This document shows, one piece after another, positions 9,025 to 18,490 of a stretch of 40,580 nucleotides of DNA (the first letter of the stretch is position 1; the number at the start of each line of letters is the position of its first letter). The notes below the pieces were generated by a model, which made no database searches, was not told the DNA's origin, and worked only from the letters and a program-made list of their open reading frames with translations. The position numbers were made by a program, and so were the translations under genes. Where the stretch lies: assembly GCA_964626865.1 (NCBI GenBank), contig CAZVIT010000002.1, positions 1 through 40,580 on the forward strand. The letters are read 5' to 3'. The DNA comes from an uncultured archaeon (GTDB taxonomy: Archaea; Thermoplasmatota; Poseidoniia; MGIII; CG-Epi1).

Positions 9025-10227
9025 ATGAAAATTGCAAAAAGGATGGACCAGTTAGGAAGTGAAACTGCATTTGCTGTTTCTGCCGAAGCTGCCGCTTTGG
9101 CTGGGACTGGCAAGAAAATATTTCCATTCCATCTAGGCGACATTAACTTATCTACCCCTAAAAGCATAATTAATGCTGTAAACAAAGCTATTGAAGAAGG
9201 AAAAACAGGTTATTGTCCAGCACCAGGTATTCCTGAATTAAGAAAAGCTTTAGCTAAGGATGTGGGTGATGCAAGAGGAATAAAATACGATATGGATAAC
9301 GTATCTGTACAACCTGGTGGAAAACCAAGTATCGGGAAATATATTGCTACAATGATGGAAAAGGGAGATTCCGTTTTGTATCCTAATCCCGGATATCCTA
9401 TCTATGAATCCCAAATAGAATTTTACAAAGGAATCGCAATACCTTATGGATATATTAACACTCCAGAAGGATTGAAATTAGATTTTGACGCAATTGAAAA
9501 TGGAATTCAAAGAGGGGCAAAGCACATTTTTTATAATAATTACAACAATCCAACAGGTGCCTCTTCTCCTAATGAAGAAATAGAAAGATTAGCAAACTTA
9601 GTAATTGATCACAATATGTTTTTAATATCTGATGATGCTTATTTTGACACCTTATATGATGGAGAACCTAAATCAATAGCGAGTATTCCGGGGATGTATG
9701 AAAGAACTTTGACAATGTATACTTTTTCAAAAAAATTTGCTATGACTGGATGGAGACTTGGAGCTTCCATTGGTCCAAAGAGAATAATTGAGCAGATTAA
9801 TCGATTAAATGTTAACATGGAATCATGTACAACCCACTTTGTCCAATACGCTGGCTTAGCTGGCCTCAATGCTCCAAAAAAAGAAACTCAGGAGATTTTA
9901 GATATTCTTAAAATTAGAAGAGATTGTCTTGTTAAAATCTTAAATGAAATAGATGGAATAGAAGCACACATGCCTGAAGCAGGATTTTATGTATTCCCAA
10001 AGATAACTAAATTACTAAAAAATACTGGATTTAATAATGTTGAAAAATTTAGGAAGGCTGTACTTAATGAAACTGGAGTTAGCTTCTGTGGAAGACACCA
10101 TTTTGGTAGGCCCTTAGATGGAGAAAATGATTATTATATTAGATTAGCCTTTTCAGGAATAAATAAGGATGATTTGGAAGAAGGAATGGGCCTCTTCCGA
10201 GAATGGATAAATAATAACACAAAATAA
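9025..10227 (+). CDS. PLP-dependent aminotransferase, class I/II (aspartate-aminotransferase-like)
   Basis: 400 aa. The PLP-lysine motif is present (YTFSKKFAMTGWRLG), with NPTG and a DDAY-type Asp upstream. Confidence 0.85.
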   Translation: MKIAKRMDQLGSETAFAVSAEAAALAGTGKKIFPFHLGDINLSTPKSIINAVNKAIEEGKTGYCPAPGIPELRKALAKDVGDARGIKYDMDNVSVQPGGKPSIGKYIATMMEKGDSVLYPNPGYPIYESQIEFYKGIAIPYGYINTPEGLKLDFDAIENGIQRGAKHIFYNNYNNPTGASSPNEEIERLANLVIDHNMFLISDDAYFDTLYDGEPKSIASIPGMYERTLTMYTFSKKFAMTGWRLGASIGPKRIIEQINRLNVNMESCTTHFVQYAGLAGLNAPKKETQEILDILKIRRDCLVKILNEIDGIEAHMPEAGFYVFPKITKLLKNTGFNNVEKFRKAVLNETGVSFCGRHHFGRPLDGENDYYIRLAFSGINKDDLEEGMGLFREWINNNTK

Positions 10228-10682
10228 TGAAAAAAGCAATGTTTGGTGCAGGGTGCTTTTGGGGCGTAGAGTATAATTTTTCTAAAATAAAGGGCGTTAA
10301 TAATGTTATATCGGGATATAGTGGAGGAAAAACTAGCAATCCTACGTATGAGCAAGTATGCAGTAATACTACTGAGCATGCTGAAGTAGTTCTTGTCAAA
10401 TATAATGCAAAAGAAGTCACATATGATGAGCTTTTGAATGTATTTTGGAATAAGCATGATCCCACTACTTTGAACAGGCAGGGACCTGATGTAGGTTCAC
10501 AATATAGGTCTGCCATATTCTATTTTGATGAAGAACAAAAAATAGCTGCTGAAAAATCATTGAAAAATAGGCAAAATAAACTAAATAAAAAAATAGTAAC
10601 TGAAATTACTCAAGCAAAAGAATTTTGGAAAGCTGAAGAATATCATCAGAAATATTTTGAAAAACACGGCGCTAGTCACTAA
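10227..10682 (+). CDS. msrA: Peptide-methionine (S)-S-oxide reductase MsrA
   Basis: 151 aa. The active-site motif GAGCFWGVE is at the N-terminus, and HAEVV, DPTTLNRQG.D.G.QYRS and EYHQKY are also present. The start overlaps the aminotransferase stop (TAATG at 10225-10229). Confidence 0.93.
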   Translation: MKKAMFGAGCFWGVEYNFSKIKGVNNVISGYSGGKTSNPTYEQVCSNTTEHAEVVLVKYNAKEVTYDELLNVFWNKHDPTTLNRQGPDVGSQYRSAIFYFDEEQKIAAEKSLKNRQNKLNKKIVTEITQAKEFWKAEEYHQKYFEKHGASH

Positions 10683-10694
10683 TAATTAGTGTTA

Positions 10695-11828
10695 TTAACC
10701 CCAAAATAAAAATATATAAGAAATAATTAAAGCTGGAATCGCACTGTACAAAGTTGCGACTATAGCCATCCTAGGCGTTAATGCAATAGCAGGAAACAAG
10801 GCATCTCCATCATTTGAAATTGCATTTCCAATTAATGCCGCAAATGGAACGATTCCATTAATGTATAATGTTGTAACTAAAATTTGAGGGCCGCAACCTG
10901 GAACAAAACCCACTAAAATAGCTAATAAAGGAATAAAAATCCAGGCAGCTTCTGCTAAAACTTCCAAATCAAGACCAAAAAAAGAGTAAGCGTATTCATA
11001 TGCTAAATATGCTGCAATAACCCAAACTGTCACAAAAGAAGTCTCCTCACTCGTTCTAGTAAAAGGGTGATCTGTATTTGCGGTAACTGCATTAACTGGC
11101 GAAATTGCCCAAACTCCAACTGAAAGTGTAACTCCAGCTAAACCTATTGCAAAAACAACAATTCCTAAGTCATAAATATCAATCTGCATTAATTGCATTG
11201 ATCCTAAAATAAGTCCAGGAATTACTAAAAGCATGTATAATTTATCTCTATTGCGTAGTTTGCCAATAACCTTGTGCCCCAAAAATTTCACCTCCGAACT
11301 ATAAAGCTCTCCGCGATGAAATCTATCTACTAACCAACCACATATGATTGCTGCAAACATAGATATTCCTATTAATTTAATATAAGTTGTAGGCTCTTTG
11401 GCTAAAAGAAGAAAAGCTGCATCTCCCATTGTTGCAATCAATGCAGCAACCATTGCTCCTAAGGTAATATTTCCTCTTGCAAATGCAGTTATCACTACTA
11501 CTGCTCCACCACACCCTGGAAGAGCCCCTAAGCAACCTGCAGTAGGAACTTGCCATATTCCTCCTTTTTCCATTGTTTTACCAACATCAATTTTAAAGAA
11601 ATGTTCTAAGCTAAAGAATATGATTAAGGTAGTAGCAACAAATACTGAAACTTGTGTATAAGCATCAAAAACAGCAAAACGAGTTACTTCGCCTAAATCC
11701 CCCGGAAAAACGGAAAAAATAAGTAATGAAAGAAATACCAAAATACGCTGATAACGAAATTGTAACAAATCGCTTATGCTTTCTATTTCAAAATCTAGAG
11801 ATGTTTTTTTTGAAGTTATGGGACTCAT
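10695..11828 (-). CDS. Putative 10-TM heavy-metal / manganese transporter (ArsP_2-like family)
   Basis: 377 aa and polytopic. Paired Cys/Gly motifs (GALPGCGGAVVVITAF and FVPGCGPQILVT) and MGDAAFLLLA are typical of the family annotated as putative manganese transporter. It is translationally coupled (ATGA at 11825-11828) to a DtxR/MntR-family regulator. Confidence 0.6.
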   Translation of the reverse strand: MSPITSKKTSLDFEIESISDLLQFRYQRILVFLSLLIFSVFPGDLGEVTRFAVFDAYTQVSVFVATTLIIFFSLEHFFKIDVGKTMEKGGIWQVPTAGCLGALPGCGGAVVVITAFARGNITLGAMVAALIATMGDAAFLLLAKEPTTYIKLIGISMFAAIICGWLVDRFHRGELYSSEVKFLGHKVIGKLRNRDKLYMLLVIPGLILGSMQLMQIDIYDLGIVVFAIGLAGVTLSVGVWAISPVNAVTANTDHPFTRTSEETSFVTVWVIAAYLAYEYAYSFFGLDLEVLAEAAWIFIPLLAILVGFVPGCGPQILVTTLYINGIVPFAALIGNAISNDGDALFPAIALTPRMAIVATLYSAIPALIISYIFLFWG

Positions 11829-12481
11829 GCTTTATTTCCCTTAGAAACATATACCTGCTTTGCTACAGAAGGGGATATCTGGACTATATTCCCATCTAAA
11901 TCGATGGTAAATCCACCATCAAAAGAATCTTTAGAAATTAATTTCACATGAGTACCTGGAAATAAATTGTTTTTTTCCAACCAAGCTAACATCTCCGAAT
12001 TTCTATCGGGAACTTGCGTAATTATTACCTCTTGTTCCAAAGGACAATCACTTAGAAGTAATTCATCCTCTAATGGCATTTCCCCATTTGGACCGGGAAT
12101 TGGATGACCATGCGGATCTCTCTCAGGATTTCCAAGGTAATCTGCAATGGCTTTTTCAAGATCTTCTGAAAGGGCATGCTCAAGCCGCTCAGCTTCATCA
12201 TGAAGCTGCTCCCTTCCTAAATCAAGTGTCTGAGACAAAAATGTCTCTAAAAGACGATGTCTACGAACAACTGAAAGAGCTCTACGCTCACCTTTTGACG
12301 TCAAAGAGGCCCCCTTGTATGGAATGTGACGCACCAAACCTCTCTCTGTAAGACGTTGAATCATCTTCGTTGCTGAAGCTGGAGCTACATTCAAGCGTTG
12401 GGCAATATCTAAAGTCGCAACATCACTCGAACCTAGTTGCCAAATAGACTTCAAATAATTCTCTACAGCTATTGAATCCAC
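11825..12481 (-). CDS. DtxR/MntR-family metal-dependent transcriptional repressor with a C-terminal FeoA/SH3-like domain
   Basis: 218 aa with a GTG start. The N-terminal wHTH is present (VENYLKSIWQLG...IAQRLNVAPASATKMIQRLTERGLV), followed by a dimerisation/metal-binding region (RRHRLLETFL...HDEAERLEHALS) and a C-terminal FeoA-like region. Confidence 0.88.
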   Translation of the reverse strand: MDSIAVENYLKSIWQLGSSDVATLDIAQRLNVAPASATKMIQRLTERGLVRHIPYKGASLTSKGERRALSVVRRHRLLETFLSQTLDLGREQLHDEAERLEHALSEDLEKAIADYLGNPERDPHGHPIPGPNGEMPLEDELLLSDCPLEQEVIITQVPDRNSEMLAWLEKNNLFPGTHVKLISKDSFDGGFTIDLDGNIVQISPSVAKQVYVSKGNKA

Positions 12482-12496
12482 TAGGACTTAATTAGA

Positions 12497-12528
12497 TTAG
12501 GCTAATAAAAAGTTTAGCCTTGGCTAAA
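12497..12528. promoter_or_regulatory. Operator/promoter of the DtxR-family regulator and metal transporter operon: DtxR-box-like palindromes flanking a TATA box
   Basis: The plus strand reads TTAGGCTAA-TAAAAAG-TTTAGCCTTGGCTAAA. The 16-nt TTTAGCC-TT-GGCTAAA (12513-12528) is a perfect 7-2-7 palindrome, and TTAGGCTAA (12497-12505) is a 4-1-4 palindrome. Their half-sites resemble the classical DtxR/IdeR box (TTAGGTTAGCCTAACCTAA). Between them the minus strand reads CTTTTTATTAG, a TATA-like box centred about 26 nt upstream of the GTG start at 12481. Confidence 0.55.
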
Positions 12529-12529
12529 T

Positions 12530-13462
12530 TCATCTTTCTTTCATTGTTTCCGGCGGTTGCAGATTGACGAGCCTAACGCCAAAATATATTAAAACAAAAC
12601 AGACTAGGTGCACAATCCCTAACTCTTCACCAATCAAAAGCCAGCTTGATAATATACCAAATATAGGTACAACATTGATGAAACTAGCTGCCTTATTGGC
12701 ACCTATTGTTTCAACACCCATTCCAAAGAAAACATAACACAATGCTGTGGACAAAACCCCAAGATATGCTATCAAAAGCCATTCTTGACTGCTCCATTCC
12801 CGATCCCAGGGTGATTCATTAATTACAAATGGAACAAATAAAAAACAGCCTATTAATGAAGCCCAAGAAATTGAAGCTAGAGAACTTAGAGGATTATCTT
12901 TTACCAATAATACATATCTTCTCATTGCTACTACATATATTGCATAAGCAAAGGCTCCAAACATTATGTATGCATTGCCTACCAATCTATCTGAAAAATC
13001 AATATCTACATTAGGTGAAGCTAGGAAAATTAACACTACACCTGTAAAACTTAGAAATATACCTATCACGCCATTACGTGTCAGTCTGTGAGATAGAATT
13101 AAAACCGATAAAATTGATACCGAAACTGGATTGAAACCAATTATCAATGAAGCATCAGAAGCTGCTGTTTTTTGCATACCAAACATATACCCAAATTGGT
13201 AAAGAAATACAGAAGTAAATGCTAATAAAAATAAATAATTATAATCCCTTTTCAAAGGAACAACATTACCTTCCTTAAACCAGAGCCAACCAAACATGAC
13301 TGGAACCGCAAATAAATATCTAAAAAACATTACCGAATAAGGATAATCTAGTAAATCTGTTGCAAGTAGTCTTCCTACAGGCCATGCTAAGCCCCAAAAA
13401 AGTGAAACTAAAAACATCAAAACATAGATAAGTCTGGAATCGTAGGTACTTGCCTGAGACAT
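12530..13462 (-). CDS. EamA/DMT-superfamily transporter
   Basis: 310 aa with about 10 TM helices arranged as two EamA-like halves. No other motif was recognised. Confidence 0.7.
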   Translation of the reverse strand: MSQASTYDSRLIYVLMFLVSLFWGLAWPVGRLLATDLLDYPYSVMFFRYLFAVPVMFGWLWFKEGNVVPLKRDYNYLFLLAFTSVFLYQFGYMFGMQKTAASDASLIIGFNPVSVSILSVLILSHRLTRNGVIGIFLSFTGVVLIFLASPNVDIDFSDRLVGNAYIMFGAFAYAIYVVAMRRYVLLVKDNPLSSLASISWASLIGCFLFVPFVINESPWDREWSSQEWLLIAYLGVLSTALCYVFFGMGVETIGANKAASFINVVPIFGILSSWLLIGEELGIVHLVCFVLIYFGVRLVNLQPPETMKER

Positions 13463-13472
13463 TCGAAAAAAA

Positions 13473-14228
13473 TTAATCCTCTTTTGTACCTAAAAAATAT
13501 TCGTTAATATGAGGATCATTCAAAATATCCTCAGCATTACTAGTATGAACTACTTCCCCATTAGATATAATATATCCTCTATCAGACCTAGCTAAGGACA
13601 ATCTTGCATTCTGCTCTACAATCAAAACTGTAATGCCTACTTCTCTGAGTGCATCAATTCTTTCAATAATTTGTTGTTGATAAAGAGGACTTAATGCTGC
13701 AGTAGGTTCATCCAACAACAAAAAATCTGGTTTGTTAATCAAAGCTCTTCCAATAGCAAGCATTTGTCTCTCTCCTCCAGATAAAGAAGCTGCAAGATCA
13801 TGTGTTCTATCCTTCAAATCTGGAAACATGTCTAGTGCATGTCCTATTCTCTCGTTCAAAACACTTGTTGATAATGAATTGCCTCCCATCTGTAAATTTT
13901 CCTCAACAGAAAGTGAAGGAAACACGTTATCTACTTGAGGAACATAAGCAATACCTCGCTGAGCCAATTGATCTGTACGCCATCCTGAGACATCTGTACC
14001 TTTGTGCTTAACCGTTCCACTATAATGTGTAGCAAGTCCAAATATAATTTTTATTAATGTAGATTTACCACAACCATTCGGACCAATTATAGTCACAAAC
14101 TCACCTTCGTCTACATGAATGTCTATCCCATGTATTATTTGAACTGAACCGTAACCACCTTCTATATCTTTAACATCAAGCCATCTAGTCACTACTCTTC
14201 CTCCTGTGCTAACCTTTCCCATTCCCAA
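13473..14228 (-). CDS. livF: Branched-chain amino-acid ABC transporter, ATP-binding protein (LivF type)
   Basis: 251 aa. Walker A GPNGCGKST, signature LSGGERQML, Walker B LLLDEP, and the LivF-type C-terminus. The predicted N-terminus overlaps livG by 37 nt, so the true start may lie a few codons downstream. Confidence 0.88.
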   Translation of the reverse strand: MGMGKVSTGGRVVTRWLDVKDIEGGYGSVQIIHGIDIHVDEGEFVTIIGPNGCGKSTLIKIIFGLATHYSGTVKHKGTDVSGWRTDQLAQRGIAYVPQVDNVFPSLSVEENLQMGGNSLSTSVLNERIGHALDMFPDLKDRTHDLAASLSGGERQMLAIGRALINKPDFLLLDEPTAALSPLYQQQIIERIDALREVGITVLIVEQNARLSLARSDRGYIISNGEVVHTSNAEDILNDPHINEYFLGTKED

Positions 14229-14995
14229 TCCTCAGATGAACCAAGATATGCAGAAATTACCTCTTTGCTTCCTCTAACTTCGTCAGGACTACCGACCATC
14301 AAAATTTCTCCTTCATTCATAACTACTATCCTATCAACACCTTGTCGTAAAATAAAATCCATATTGTGCTCAATTATCAAAACTGATATTCCAGTGTCAT
14401 CTACAAGTTTTCTAAGGTTAGCAAAGATTTTCATTGCTAAAGGTCCAGCTACTCCAGCTACTGGTTCATCTAAAAGCAATAACTTAGGATCCCCCATCAT
14501 AGCCCTTCCAATATCCACAAGCTTACTCTGGCCTCCAGATAACTCACTTGCAAGATTATTAGCCATATGGGGAACTTCTAATTGCTCTAAAACTGAATAG
14601 GCTTTAGAAAGTCTATCAACCTCATAAGTATTCTTTCTTCCTTCCCATAATGATTTAAAAATATTTGGCTTAAATTGATCCCTTGGTGGAACCAATAGAT
14701 TCTCAATTACTGTCATCTCTCTCCACAAACGCGTATGTTGAAACGTCCTAGTCATACCTATTTTCTGAATCTCATCTGGTCGTAAATGTGAGACGTCATT
14801 ACCAAAGAATTCAACCTCTCCAGAGGTTTGTTCAAGGGAACCACTTATGCAGTTAAAAGTTGTAGATTTACCACAACCATTTGGTCCAATTAATCCTATG
14901 AACTCTCCCTCTTTAACTTCAAAACTAACATCCTTAACTGCAACAAGACCACCAAATTCCTTGCGAAGTTTGTCAACTGTCAAAACTTCATTCAT
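14192..14995 (-). CDS. livG: Branched-chain amino-acid ABC transporter, ATP-binding protein (LivG type)
   Basis: 267 aa. LRKEFGGLVAVKDVSFEVKEGEFIGLIGPNGCGKSTTFNCISG is the typical LivG N-terminus. The signature LSGGQSKLV and Walker B LLLDEP are present. Confidence 0.9.
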   Translation of the reverse strand: MNEVLTVDKLRKEFGGLVAVKDVSFEVKEGEFIGLIGPNGCGKSTTFNCISGSLEQTSGEVEFFGNDVSHLRPDEIQKIGMTRTFQHTRLWREMTVIENLLVPPRDQFKPNIFKSLWEGRKNTYEVDRLSKAYSVLEQLEVPHMANNLASELSGGQSKLVDIGRAMMGDPKLLLLDEPVAGVAGPLAMKIFANLRKLVDDTGISVLIIEHNMDFILRQGVDRIVVMNEGEILMVGSPDEVRGSKEVISAYLGSSEDWEWERLAQEEE

Positions 14996-17900
14996 CTTGA
15001 TTTACCTCCGCAGGAGGGGTTGGCCTATATGGAACTTCAGGAAGTAAACCCTTCGGATTATACTTTAATGATAATGTTATCAATAAACCTATCAGCATCA
15101 GTTTGACATAGGCCATTTGCACTTTTATGCCTCCAAGGACTTCTGGGAAAACTAAATCAAGTGAACGTTGATCAAATAATTGATCACATACAATAAACAC
15201 AAGTGAAAACCAGAAAAATGTTTCTGAACTACCATTAAATCTTAACAAAAACATAACTATTGATAAAAATAAAAATATGCCTGCAACTTCTAATGGTGAA
15301 GTAACAATCCAAATAAATTTATCATTAATCATAGAGGCTGTATCTGCCAATGGAAGTGTAGAACTACCTTGTGCTGCAACAAGTACATTAAAGAGAAATT
15401 CAGTTAGTGTAATTATCATGGCTCCAATAAGCATACCTCTATTGTTTCCTGCTCCTCCTATAATAAACGCAGCCCAAACCAAAAAAGTTGATTTTGCCGG
15501 AGACATAAAACTAGGCTGAAAACCTGTCAATTTCCATGCCCAAAAGGCTCCCGCAAATGCAGCAATTCCTGCTCCCAAAGCGAGAGCTCTTGCTTTGTGT
15601 TTAAGAATATCATGTCCGTGGTGTTGAGCAACTTCCTCATCTTCACGTATCGAACGTAGAATTCTACCCCACGGTGAGCTATATAGAATGCTAAGTAACT
15701 TCCAAACGAGGAGAGCGCTAGATATTGCAATTACAGACAAAAGCAACATGTATGGAGCTGCCTGATCCAAACCAATTAAATCACCGACAGTTCTAGCCAT
15801 ACTATCAATATTTGAATCCGCTGAACATGCTAACGGAGTAAGTTTAGTTCCGGATGACGACAAGGGAGGATTGGAACCACAAAACCACCATTCTTGCAAA
15901 GGTAAAGGATAGCGTTGAATGCCAATTGCTGAAGCATTACCTCCAGCTCTCAATAGTGGCTCTCCCATCAATAGAATTCGAACAATTTCACCTAAAGATA
16001 TGGTAATTATAGCAAAGTAATCTGTCCGTAGCCTTGCTGTTGGATAAGCGAGGAGCCAACCAAAAATAGACCCGACTAACACTGCCACAATTAATGCAGG
16101 AAATATGTCCCAATCATAACCATATAAATCACTAGGTGCAGTTAAAATTCCTACAATTATGGCTCCAATGGCTGCAAAAAAGATTACACCAAAATTTACG
16201 ATTCCCGTCATACCTGTATGGAGATTTAATGAATAAGCCAAAAGTAAAAAAATAGAAAGAGTCACTAAAAAATTAGAAATTTGCAAAACCTTACCAAAAA
16301 GACTGACTGAAGGGAGCCAATATACTACATAAAGCAAAAATAATAATAAAACAATAAATAAAGCATTGGAACCCCTCTCTGATTCTTTACCATAATCAGC
16401 CCCTACTTTCTCATAAAATATTGATGATATTTTGGCTAACTTTGTTAATAAAAGGGAATAATATTTGCTGAAAAATTCATTAATTCTATCTATATGCTTG
16501 TTTGTTTTTGGAATTGGATTGTAGTTTTCTGAGATTGATGTGGTTAAGCCTGAGATTTTTTCTGTATATCTATCAATTAAGTCAACCAATTCTGTTTTGG
16601 GACCACTAATCAAATCAACATATTTATTATTATAAATCAAATACGATTCGTATATCGCGAATAAATATATGAAAATAGGAACCCAAGGCCATAAAATATC
16701 TCCAAAGAAACCTAATACCTCAATAAATGCCTGTTCTTTTTGAACAAGCGCTACCCAATCTTTATGCATATCTGCACTTAATCCCTCTGGAGCACTTACA
16801 GAACCTTTACCAGCAAATGAATTATCTCTCACAAATGAAATTGATTTACCCAAAATAAATGAAAATAATGTCAGAACAAGCATAGATACTCCTCGTGAAC
16901 CTCGGCCCTGATGGAAATGATGTGCACCAGCCCATCCAAACAAAACTCCCCATATTGCTGACGTCTTATTATTAGGAACTTTTCGAGAAGCTGCTCTATT
17001 ACGAATTCTCTCAATATTCCATTTCTCATACGCCTTACCAATTCCCTCGGGCATTATTACCAAAATAGCTATAATTATTGCGTAAGGAGTAACTGCACTT
17101 AATGCAAAATAATTTGTTCTTTCCAATGGATTACCTATTCCTGAAAGAACCGGTTCCGAAATAGCTCGAACTAATCCAATAATTAATGAAGCAATAATAG
17201 CACCTGGAACTGAACCAATTGTCCCTAAAATGATTACAGCAAAAGCTGGTAATAGAAGTGTAAATGCAGTTTGTGGGCTAAATAATACAGTCAAACCAAA
17301 AATAGCTCCACCTAAACCTGAAATTCCTGCAGACAAAAAGGCACTAGTCATTTGAACTCTTTCTACATTAATCCCACTGCTTGCCGCAAGTTCAGGATTA
17401 TCTGCCACGGCCCTCATCCTGCGCCCCAATCGAGTATAATTGAGAAGTAATACTAAAAGAATTACGCTACTAAATACAATTATAGGTAAGAATGCATCAT
17501 TATATACAAAATTAATGGTACCACTTTCAATTGTAGGCCAATCTGAAACTCCTAGATTGAATTTAGCAGTGTATGATGGAAGTTCCCATTTTTGTTCATC
17601 TGACAGCCAATCTTTGTCAGGAACTAAACGTTTGGTATTAGAACCAAATCTTAGGTACACCAGTGACCTTAGAATCATTGCAACACCTAATGATGCAATC
17701 ATCATAACATCTGATGAAGATTTACTATCTCTAAATCCTTTAAACACTAATCTATCTATTATTACTCCTGCTAATCCTGTCAAAATAAATGCCCCAATTA
17801 ATACATAAATAAACAGTGACCATACTAATGTTCCATCTAATGGAGCATCACTTATTGGAAATAACCAATTTGTCCACATGAAGGCTATACCAACGTACAT

Positions 17901-18446
17901 ACCAAGCATGAAATATTCACTTTGGGCAAAATTACCATATCTCTGCACGCTATAAGTTAATGTACAACCTACAGCAATTGCAAGATAGGTAGAAGACCAA
18001 GTTAAAGTAGACAACAAGATTGAAATTAAATCAAAACTAATTGAAGCTACTAAATTTTGACCAACTAAAAGAACATGAAGTGAAAAAAGTACATGAATTA
18101 TCAATAAAAAAGGTGACATGCACATTAAAATTGTACGAACTCGGGAGGGGGACACATTATCAAATAATATTTTTACAAAAAAGAAACCAACACATATCAT
18201 TTGAAACGTTTGGAGAAGCCAAACAAAATCTGGAGGTAGGTTTCCAGCTAAGAATACATCAACTAAGTTTAGTAAACCCTTATTATGTAACAAACCTAAA
18301 CATGAATCAAATAAAAAAAGAAAACCTAAAATGGATCTTTTAACTCCTGCAGAGAATGTATTCCAGTGTACAAATAGTCTATTCCAGAGTATCTTAACTG
18401 CTGAAGTTAGTCTATCCCAATATAAATTAGAGTTAGCTTTTACCAT
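14988..18446 (-). CDS. Fused LivH-LivM branched-chain amino-acid ABC permease with an N-terminal TM extension and a central TM2-domain-like insert
   Basis: 1,152 aa. A LivH-like module (about 18050-17040) contains YLAIAVGCTLTYSVQRYGNFAQSEYFMLGMY. A LivM-like module (about 16380-14988) contains LLLAYSLNLHTGMTGIVNFGVIFFAAIGA. Between them is a ~217-aa insert containing WGVLFGWAGAHHFHQGRGSRGVSMLVLTLF, which resembles a TM2 domain. Confidence 0.8.
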   Translation of the reverse strand: MVKANSNLYWDRLTSAVKILWNRLFVHWNTFSAGVKRSILGFLFLFDSCLGLLHNKGLLNLVDVFLAGNLPPDFVWLLQTFQMICVGFFFVKILFDNVSPSRVRTILMCMSPFLLIIHVLFSLHVLLVGQNLVASISFDLISILLSTLTWSSTYLAIAVGCTLTYSVQRYGNFAQSEYFMLGMYVGIAFMWTNWLFPISDAPLDGTLVWSLFIYVLIGAFILTGLAGVIIDRLVFKGFRDSKSSSDVMMIASLGVAMILRSLVYLRFGSNTKRLVPDKDWLSDEQKWELPSYTAKFNLGVSDWPTIESGTINFVYNDAFLPIIVFSSVILLVLLLNYTRLGRRMRAVADNPELAASSGINVERVQMTSAFLSAGISGLGGAIFGLTVLFSPQTAFTLLLPAFAVIILGTIGSVPGAIIASLIIGLVRAISEPVLSGIGNPLERTNYFALSAVTPYAIIIAILVIMPEGIGKAYEKWNIERIRNRAASRKVPNNKTSAIWGVLFGWAGAHHFHQGRGSRGVSMLVLTLFSFILGKSISFVRDNSFAGKGSVSAPEGLSADMHKDWVALVQKEQAFIEVLGFFGDILWPWVPIFIYLFAIYESYLIYNNKYVDLISGPKTELVDLIDRYTEKISGLTTSISENYNPIPKTNKHIDRINEFFSKYYSLLLTKLAKISSIFYEKVGADYGKESERGSNALFIVLLLFLLYVVYWLPSVSLFGKVLQISNFLVTLSIFLLLAYSLNLHTGMTGIVNFGVIFFAAIGAIIVGILTAPSDLYGYDWDIFPALIVAVLVGSIFGWLLAYPTARLRTDYFAIITISLGEIVRILLMGEPLLRAGGNASAIGIQRYPLPLQEWWFCGSNPPLSSSGTKLTPLACSADSNIDSMARTVGDLIGLDQAAPYMLLLSVIAISSALLVWKLLSILYSSPWGRILRSIREDEEVAQHHGHDILKHKARALALGAGIAAFAGAFWAWKLTGFQPSFMSPAKSTFLVWAAFIIGGAGNNRGMLIGAMIITLTEFLFNVLVAAQGSSTLPLADTASMINDKFIWIVTSPLEVAGIFLFLSIVMFLLRFNGSSETFFWFSLVFIVCDQLFDQRSLDLVFPEVLGGIKVQMAYVKLMLIGLLITLSLKYNPKGLLPEVPYRPTPPAEVNQDE

Positions 18447-18490
18447 AGCTTAACCTAACTATATTCACCCCCATAAAAAGCTAGCTCAAC

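Noticed and set aside
10134-10516. Two overlapping minus-strand ORFs (107 and 125 aa) antisense to the aminotransferase 3' end and msrA
   Set aside because: The sense-strand genes carry unambiguous catalytic motifs. The antisense ORFs have no motifs and an odd composition (Phe/Ile/Ser/Cys-rich), typical of AT-rich antisense frames.
18041-18343. 100-aa plus-strand ORF inside the fused livHM gene, and similar ones at 17440-17808 and 15277-15519
   Set aside because: They are antisense to a continuous permease ORF with recognisable LivH/LivM motifs, so they are shadow ORFs.
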